Source of the DNA: Eledone cirrhosa
Taxonomy: Eukaryota
NCBI GenBank assembly: GCA_964016885.1
Contig: OZ024740.1
Location: 290,470,001 to 290,534,000 of the forward strand
Direction: 5' to 3'
Length of the DNA stretch: 64,000 nt
The notes below the pieces were generated by a model, which did not search any database, was not told the origin of the DNA, and was given only the letters and a program-made list of their open reading frames with translations. The translations under genes were made by a program, and so were the position numbers. Positions 55,840-64,000 of this stretch are shown here, in pieces (within the stretch, counting starts at the first letter, position 1; the number at the start of each line of letters is the position of its first letter).

Positions 55840-58800
55840 TGCCCCGTTTTTTATTTGGGTGCCCCGTTTTTATTTGGGTGCCCCGTTTTTTATTTGGGTA
55901 CCCCGTTTTTTATTTGGGTGCCCCGTTTTTTTATGGGGGGGTCCGTTTTTTATTTGGGTGCCCAGTTTTTAATTTGGGTGCCCCGTTCTTCTATGGGGGG
56001 GTCCGTTTTTTATTTGGGTACCCCGTTTTTTTATTTGGGTGCCCCGTTTTTTATGGGGGGGATCCGTTTTTTATTTGGGTGCTCCGTTATTTTATGGGTG
56101 GGGTCCGTTTTTTATTTGGGTACCCCGTTTTTTTATTTGTGTGCCCCGTTTTTTTATGGGGGGTCCGTTTTTTATTTGGGTAACCCGTTTTTTTATGGGG
56201 GGGGTCCTTTTTTTATTTGGATGCCCCGTTTTTTATGGGGGGGTCCGTTTTTTATTTGGGTGTCCCGTTTTTTTATGGGGGGGTCCGTTTTTTATTTGGG
56301 TACCCCGTTTTTTACTTGGATACCCCGTTTTTTTTATGGGGGGGGTACGTTTTTTATTTGGTGCCCCTTTTTTATTTGGGTACCCCGTTTTTTTTTGGGG
56401 TGCCACGTTTTGTATTTGGGTGCCCCGTCTTTTTATGTGGGGGTCCGTTTTTTATTTGGGTACCCCGTTTTTTACTTGGATACCCCGTTTTTTTATGGGG
56501 TGGGTCCGTTTTTTATTTGGGTACCCCGTTTTTTATTTGGGTGCCCCCTTTTTTATGGGGGGGTCCGTTTTTTATTTGGGTACCCCGTTTTTTATTTGGG
56601 TGCCCCGTCTTTTTATGTGGGGGTCCGTTTTTTATTTGGGTACCCCTTTTTTTACTTGGATACCCCGTTTTTTTATGGGGGGGTCCGTTTTTTATTTGGG
56701 TAACCCGTTTTTTATTCGGGTGCCCCGTTCTTTATTTGTGTACCCCGTTTTTTATTTGGGTGCCCCGTTTTTTTATGGGGGGGTTCCGTATTTTATTTGG
56801 GTGCCCCGTTTTTTATTTGGGTGCCCCGTTTTTTTAAGGGGGGCGTCCGTTTTTTATTTGGGTACCTCGTTTTTTATTTGGATGCCCCGTTTTTTTATGG
56901 GGGGATCTGTTTTTTATTTGGGTGTCCCGTTTTTTTATGGGGGGTCCGTTTTTTATTTGGGTACCCAGTTTTTTATTTGGGTGCCCCGTCTTTTTATGTG
57001 GGGATCCGTTTTTTATTTGGGTACCCCGTTTTTTAATTGGATACCCCGTTTTTTTATGGGGGGGGGTCCGTTTTTTATTTGGGTACCCCGTTTTTTATTT
57101 GGGCGCCCCCTTTTTTATGGGGGGGTCCGTTTCTTATTTGGGTGCCCCTTTTTTATTTGGTGTACCCCGTTTTTTGGGGGGGTGCCCCGTTTTTAATTTG
57201 GGTGACCCGTCTTTTTATGGGGGGGTCCGTTTTTTATTTGGGTGCCCCGTCTTTTTATGTGGGGGTCCGTTTTTTATTTGGGTACCCCGTTTTTTACTTG
57301 GATACCCCGTTTTTTTATGGGGAGGGTCCGTTTTTTATTTGGGTACCCCGTTTTTTATTTGGGTGCCCCCTTTTTTATGGGGGGGTCCGTTTTTTATTTG
57401 GGTGCCCCGTTTTTTTTTATGGGGGGTCCGTTTTTTATTTGGGTAACCCGTTTTTTATGGGGGGGGTCCTTTTTTTATTTGGGTGCCCCGTTTTTTTATG
57501 GGGGGGGTCCGTTTTTTATTTGGGTGTCCCGTTTTTTTATGGGGGGGTCCGTTTTTTATTTGGGTACCACGTTTTTTATTTGGGTGCACTGTTTTTTTAT
57601 GGGGGGTCCGTTTTTTATTTGGGTAGCCCGTTATTTACTTGGGCGCCCCGTTTTTTTAGGGGGGGGGGTCCGTTTTTTATTTGGGTACCCCGTTTTTTAT
57701 TTGGGTGCCCCGTTTTTTTATGGGGCGTTTCCTTTTTTTATTTGGGTGCCCCGTTTTTTATTTGGGTGCCCCGTTTTTTATGGGGGGGTCCGTTTTTTAT
57801 TTGGATAACCCGTTTTTTATTTGGGTGCCCCGTTCTTTATTTGTGTACCCCGTTTTTTATTTGGGTGCCCCGTTTTTTTTATGGGGGGGGGCCGTTTTTT
57901 ATTTGGGTGCCCCGTTTTTTTATGGTGGGGTCCGTTTTTTATTTGGGTGCCCCGTTTTTTATTTGGGTGCCTCATTTTTTTATGGGGGGTCCGTTTTTTA
58001 TTTGGGTACCCCGTTTTTTATTAGGGTGCCCCCTTTTTTATGGGGGGGGTCCGTTTTTTATTTGGGTGCCCCGTTTTTTATTTGGGTACCCCGTTTTTTT
58101 TGGGGGTGCCCCGTTTCTTTATGGGGGGGGTCCGTTTTTTATTTGGTTAACCCGTTTTTTATATGGGTATTCCGTTTTTTATTTGGGTGCCCCGTTTTTT
58201 TATGGGGGGGGTCCGTTTTTCATTTGTGTGCCCGGTTTTTTTACGGGGGGTCCGTTATTTATTTGAGTACCCCGTTTTTTATTTGGGTGCCCCGTTTTTT
58301 TATGGGGGGTCCGTTTTTTATTTGGGTAACCCGGTTTTTTTATGGGGGGGGTCCGTTTTTTATTTGGGTGCCCCGTTTTTTATGGGGGGGTCCGTTTTTT
58401 ATTTGGGTGTCACTTTTTTTTATGGGGGGGGTCCGTTTTTTATTTGGGTACCACGTTTTTTATTTGGGTGCTCCGTTTTTTTAGGGGGGGGGGTCCGTTT
58501 TTTATTTGGGTACCCCGTTTTTTATTTGGGTGCCCCGTTTTTTTATGGGGCGTTTCCTTTTTTTATTTGGGTGCCCCGTTTTTTATTTGGGTGCCCCGTT
58601 TTTTTATGGGGGGGGGGGTCCGTTTTTTATTTGGGTGCCCCTTTTTTATTTGGGTACCCCGTTTTTTGGGGGGGTGCCACGTTTTTTATTTGGGTGCCCC
58701 GTCTTTTTATGTGGGGGTCCGTTTTTTATTTGGGTATCCCGTTTTTTACTTGGATACCCCGTTTTTTTATGGGGTGCGTCCGTTTTTTATTTGGGTACCC

Positions 58801-61800
58801 CGTTTTTTATTTGGCTGCCCCCTTTTTTATGGGGGGGTCCGTTTTTTATTTGGGTACCCCGTTTTTTATTTGGGTGCCCCGTCTTTTTATTTTGGGGTCC
58901 GTTTTTTATTTGGGTACCCCGTTTTTTACTTGGATACCCCGTTTTTTTATTGGGTGCCCCGTTTTTTATTTGGGTGCCCCGTTATTTTATAGGGGGGTCC
59001 GTTTTTTATTTGAGTGCCCCGTTTTTTTATGGGGGGGGTCCGTTTTTTATCTGGGTACCCCGTTTTTTATTTGGGTACCCCGTTTTTTATTTGGGTGCCC
59101 CGTTTTTTTATGGGGGGGTCCGTTTTTTATTTGGGTGCCCCGTTTTTTATTTGGGTGCCCCGTTTTTTATTTGGGTGCCCCGTTTTTTATTTGGGTGCCC
59201 CGTTTTTTATTTGGGTGCCCCGTTTTTTATTTGGGTGCCCCGTTTTTTTATGGGGGGGTCCGTTTTTTATTTGGGTGCCCCGTTTTTTTATGGGGGGGTC
59301 CGTTTTTTATCTGGGTACCCCGTTTTTTATTTGGGTACCCCGTTTTTTCTTTGGGTGCCCCGTTTTTTTATGGAGGGGGTCCGTTTTTTATTTGGGTGCC
59401 TCGTTTTTTTATGGGGGGGTCCGTTTTTTATTTGGGTGCCCCGTTTTTTTTGGGGGGGGGGTCCGTTTTATATTCGGGTGCCCCGTTTTTTTATGGGGGG
59501 GGGTCCGTTTTTTATCTGGGTACCCCGTTTTTTATTTGGGTGCCCCGTTTTTTTATGGGGGGTCCGTTTTTTATTTCGGTGCCCCGTTTTTTGATGGGGG
59601 GGGTCCGTTTTTTATTTGGGTGCACCGTTTTTTTATGGGGGGGTTCGTTTTTTATTTGGGTGCCCCGTTTTTTATGGGGGGGTCCGTTTTTTATCTGGGT
59701 ACCCCGTTTTTTATTTGGGTACCCCGTTCTTTATTTGGGTGCCCCGTTTCTTTATGGGGGGGTCCGTTTTTTATTTGGGTGCCCCGTTTTTTATTTGGGT
59801 GCCCCGTTTTTTATTTGGGTGCCCCGTTTTTTATTTGGGTGCCCCTTGTTTTATTTGGGTGCCCCGTTTTTTTATGGGGGGGTCCGTTTTTTATTTGGAT
59901 ACCCCGTTTTTTATTTGGGTACCCCGTTTTTTTATGGGGGGGGTCCGTTTTTTATTTGGGTGCCCCGTTTCTTTATGGGGGGGTCCGTTTTTTATTTGGG
60001 TGCCCCGTTTTTTTATGGGGGGGGTACGTTTTTATTTGGGTGCCCCGTTTTTTATTTGGGTACCCCGTTTTTTATTTGGGTGCCCCTTTACTTTATGGGG
60101 AGGTCCGTTTTTTATTTGGGTGCCCCGTTTTTTATTTGGGTGCCCCGTTTTTTATTTGGGTGCCCCGTTTTTTATTTGGGTGCCCCGTTTTTTATTTGGG
60201 TGTCCCGTTTTTTATTTGGGTGCCCCGTTTTTTATTTGGGTGCCCCGTTTTTTATTTGGGTGCCCCGTTTTTTATTTGGGTGCCCCGTTTTTTTATGGGG
60301 GGGGTACGTTTTTTATTTGGGTGCCCCGTTTTTTTATGGGGGGTCCGTTTTTTATTTGGGTGCCCCGTTTTTTTATGGGGGGTCCGTTTTTTATTTCGGT
60401 GCCCCGTTTTTTGATGGGGTGGTTCATTTTTTATTTGGGTGCTCCGTTTTTTTATGGGGGGGGGCGTTTTTTATTTGGGTGCACCGTTTTTTTATGGGGG
60501 GGTACGTTTTTTATTTGGGTGCCCCGTTTTTTATTTGGGTACCCCGTTTTTTATTTGGGTGCCCCGTTTCTTTATGGGGGGGTCCGTTTTTTATTTGGCT
60601 GCCCCGTTTTTTATTTGGGTGCCCCGTTTTTTATTTGGGTGCCCCGTTTTTTATTTGGGTGCCCCGTTTTTTATTTGGGTGCCCCGTTTTTTATTTGGGT
60701 GCCCCGTTTTTTTATGGGGGGGGGGTCCGTTTTTTATTTGGATACCCCGTTTTTTATTTGGGTGCCCCGTTTTTTTATGGGGGGGTCCGTTTTTTATTTG
60801 GGTGCCCCGTTTTTTATTTGGGTGCCCCGTTTTTTTATGGGGGGGTCCGTTTTTTATTTGGGTGCCCCGTTTTTTTATGGGGGTGTCCGTTTTTTATTTG
60901 GGTACCACGTTTTTTATTTGGGTGCCCCTTTTTTTTATGGGGGGGGTCCGTTTTTTATTTGGATACCCCGTTTTTTATTTGGGTGCCCAGTTTTTTTATG
61001 GGGGGGATCCGTTTTTTATTTGGGTGCCCCGTTTTTTTATGGGGGGTTCCGTTTTTTATTTGGGTGACCCGTTTTTTATTTGGGTGCCCCGTTTTCTATT
61101 GGGTGCCCCGTTGTTTATTTGGGTGCCCCGTTTTTTTATGGGGGGGTCCGTTTTTTATTTGGGTGCCCCGTTTTTTTATGGGGGGGTCCGTTTTTTATTT
61201 GGGTGCCCCGTTTTTTATTTGGGTGCCCCGTTTTTTATTTGGGTGCCCCGTTTTTTTTATGGGGGGGGGTCCGTTTTTTATCTGGGTACCCCGTTTTTTA
61301 TTTGGGTACCCCGTTTTTTATTTGGGTGCCCCGTTTTTTTTATGGGGGGTCCGTTTTTTATTTGGGTGTCCCGTTTTTTATGGGGGGGCCGTTTTTTATT
61401 TCGGTGCCCCGTTTTTTGATGGGGGGGTCCGTTTTTTATTTGGGTGCCCGTTTTTTTATGGGGGGGGTCCGTTTTTTATTTGGGTGCCCCGTTTTTTATT
61501 TGGGTGCCCCGTTTTTTATTTGGGTGCCCCGCTTTTTATTTGGGTGCCCCGTTTTTTATTTGGGTGCCCCGTTTTTTTATGGGGGGGGTCCGTTTTTTAT
61601 TTGGGTGCCCCGTTTTTTATTTGGGTGCCCCGCTTTTTATTTGGGTGCCCCGTTTTTTATTTGGGTGCCCCGTTTTTTTATGGGGGGGGTCCGTTTTTTA
61701 TTTGGATACCCCGTTTTTTATTTGGGTGCCCCGTTTTTTTATGGGGGGGTCCGTATTTTATCTGGGTACCCCGTTTTTTATTTGGGTGCCCGGTTTTTTT

Positions 61801-64000
61801 ATGGAGGGGGTCCGTTTTTTATTTGGGTGCCCCGTTTTTTTATGGGGGGGTTCCGTTTTTTATTTGGATACCCCGTTTTTTATTTTGGTGCCCCGTTTTT
61901 TTATGGAGGGGGTACGTTTTTTATTTGGGTGCCCCGTTTTTTATTTGGGTGCGCCGTTTTTTATTTGGGTGCCCCGTTTTTTTATGGGGCAGTCCGTTTT
62001 TTATTTGGGTGCCCCGTTTTTTATTTGGGTGCCCCATTTTTTTATGGGGGGGTCCGTTTTTTATCTGGGTGCCCCGTTTTTTATTTGGGTGCCCCGTTTT
62101 TTGATGGGGGGGTCCGTTTTTTATTTGGGTGCCCCGTTTTTTATTTGGGTGCCCCGTTTTTTTATGGGGGTCCGTTTTTTATTTCGGTGCCCCGTTTTTT
62201 GATGGGGGGGTCCGTTTTTTATTTGGGTGCCACGTTTTTTATTTGGGTGCCCCGTTTTTTTATGGGGGGGGTCCGTTTTTTATTTGGGTGCCCCGTTTTT
62301 TATTTGGGTGCCTCGTTTTTTATTTGGGTGCCCCGTTTTTTGATGGGGGGTCCGTTTTTTATTTGGGTGCCCCGTTTTTTATTTGGGTGCCCCGTTTTTT
62401 TATGGGGGGGGTTGGTTTTTTATTTGGGTGCCCCGTTTTTTTATGGGGGGGTCCGTTTTTTATTTGGGTGCCCCGTTTTTTATTTGGGTGCCCCGTTTTT
62501 TTATGGGGGGTCCGTTTTTTATTTCGGTGCCCCGTTTTTTGATGGGGGGGTCCGTTTTTTATTTGGGTGCCCCGTTTCTTATTTGGGTGCCCCGTTTTTT
62601 ATTTGGGTGCTCCGTTTTTTATTTGGGTGCCCCGTTTTTTATTTGGGTGCCCCGTTTTTTTATGGGGGGGTCCGTTTTTTATTTGGGTGCCTCGTTTTTT
62701 ATTTGGGTGCCCCGTTTTTTATTTGGGTGCCCCGTTTTTTATTTGGGTGCCCCGTTTTTTTATGGGGGGGTCCGTTTTTTATTTGGGTGCCCCGTTTTTT
62801 ATTTGGGTGCCCCGTTTTTTTATGGGGGGTCCGTTTTTTTATTTCGGTGCCCCGTTTTTTGATGGGGGTCCGTTTTTTATTTGGGTGCCCCGTTTTTTAT
62901 TTGGGTGCCCCGTTTTTTTATGGGGGGGTCCGTTTTTTATTTGGGTGCCCCGTTTTTTATTTGGGTGCCCCGTTTTTTATTTGGGTGCCCCGTTTTTTAT
63001 TTGGGTGCCCCGTTTTTTTATGGGGGGGGGTCCGTTTTTTATCTGGGTACCCCGTTTTTTATTTGGGTACCCCGTTTTTTATTTGGGTGCCCCGTTTTTT
63101 TATGGGGGTGTCCGTTTTTTATCTGGGTACCCCGTTTTTTATTTGGGTACCCCGTTTTTTATTTGGGTGCCCCGTTTTTTATTTGGGTGCCCCGTTTTTT
63201 TTATGGGGGGGGTCCGTTTTTTATTTGGGTGCCGCGTTTTTTATTTGGGTGCCCCGTTTTTTATTTGGGTGCCCCGTTTTTTATTTGGGTGCCCCGTTCT
63301 TTTATGGGGGGTCCGTTTTTTATTTCGGTGCCCCGTTTTTTGATGGGGGGGTCCGTTTTTTATTTGGGTGCCCCGTTTTTTTATGGGGGGGGTCCGTTTT
63401 TTATTTGGGTGCCCCGTTTTTTATTTGGGTGCCTCGTTTTTTATTTGGGTGCTCCGTTTTTTTATGGGGGGGGTCCGTTTTTTATTTGGGTGCCCCGTTT
63501 TTTTATGGGGGGGGGTCCGTTTTTTATTTGGGTGCCCCGTTTTTTATTTGGGTGCCCCGTTTTTTTATGGGGGGGGTCCGTTTTTTATTTGGGTGCCCCG
63601 TTTTTTATTTGGGTGCCCCGTTTTTTATTTGGGTGCTCCGTTTTTTATTTGGGTGCCCCGTTTTTTATTTGGGTGCCCCGTTTTTTTATGGGGGGGTACG
63701 TTTTTTATTTGGGTGCCGCATTTTTTATTTGGGTGCCCCGTTTTTTATTTGGGTGCCCCGTTTTTTATTTGGGTGCCCCGTTTTTTATTTGGGTGCCCCG
63801 TTTTTTTATGGGGGTGTCCGTTTTTTATCTGGGTACCCCGTTTTTTATTTGGGTACCCCGTTTTTTATTTGGGTGCCCCGTTTTTTATTTGGGTGCCCCG
63901 TTTTTTATTTGGGTGCCCCGTTTTTTATTTGGGTGCCCCGTTTTTTATTTGGGTGCACCGTTTTTTTATGGGGGGGTCCGTTTTTTATCTGGGTACCCCG
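55823..64000 (-). repeat. Homogeneous 20-bp satellite array in inverted orientation (right arm); monomers GTTTTTTATTTGGGTGCCCC and GTTTTTTTATGGGGGGGTCC
   Basis: The reverse complement of the left-arm core (CCGTTTTTTATTTGG) recurs every ~20 bp. Perfect tandem runs occur at e.g. ~59121-59240, ~60611-60710 and ~63861-63950. The array runs off the window end. Confidence 0.98.

Noticed and set aside
55780-55900. End-to-end telomere fusion site
   Set aside because: A fusion gives G-rich repeats followed by C-rich repeats on one strand, whereas here the order is C-rich then G-rich.
58163-62104. 1313-aa ORF on the + strand, and the other long ORFs at 55839-63343
   Set aside because: This is a translation of the 20-bp repeat (FFIWVPR/FLFGCPV/FYLGAP cycling through frames). 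All three frames are largely open because the G/T strand has almost no TAA/TAG/TGA. There is no domain, no codon structure and no promoter context.
55810-64000. Simple fold-back (palindromic) read or assembly artefact
   Set aside because: The right arm is not the reverse complement of the adjacent left arm beyond 12 bp and has its own monomer types. A mis-join of two separate arrays cannot be excluded without reads.
55823-64000. Reverse-transcriptase-made concatemer encoding a never-ending ORF (DRT2/Neo-like)
   Set aside because: There is no RT gene or template locus in the window, the unit length is not a multiple of 3, and indels are tolerated. Stop-free frames are explained by base composition.
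1-64000. CArG box (CC(A/T)6GG), iterons, or Dam-regulated GATC clusters
   Set aside because: The core has ten A/T bases plus C between CC and GG, so it does not match CArG. There is no rep gene or other prokaryotic context to support iteron or Dam interpretations.
1-64000. Assignment to a named satellite family or organism
   Set aside because: I do not recognise the monomer. A BLASTn/Dfam/Repbase search of the consensus is needed.

Overview
The whole 64 kb window is non-coding tandem-repeat (satellite/minisatellite) DNA built from one family of ~20-bp monomers. Each monomer has a near-invariant core CCAAATAAAAAACGG plus a short variable C-rich linker (ATCCC, ACACC, ACCCC, ATTCCCC, ATACC, etc.). 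I see no credible genes, RNA genes, transposons or CRISPR array. The ORF track is an artefact: the G/T-rich strand almost lacks stop codons, and the ORFs change strand where the repeat changes polarity. There are two arms of opposite orientation. The left arm (1-55821; roughly 2,700-2,800 monomers, estimated from length) is A/C-rich on the + strand and heterogeneous. Its monomer variants recur in ordered cassettes, form a variable-length higher-order repeat (3.4-6.5 kb) in the middle, and include several recent kb-scale duplications. Its two ends (1-9.9 kb and 50-55.8 kb) share diagnostic variants absent from the middle. After an abrupt junction at 55822, the right arm (55823-64000; roughly 400 monomers) is G/T-rich on the + strand and far more homogeneous. 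It uses two 20-mers, A = GTTTTTTATTTGGGTGCCCC and B = GTTTTTTTATGGGGGGGTCC, in an A(n)B pattern and becomes purer distally. It may be an unusual telomere-like terminal array or a young inverted satellite expansion; this is inference. The source organism cannot be identified from the sequence, though it looks eukaryotic. All coordinates were read by eye and are approximate to a few bases.
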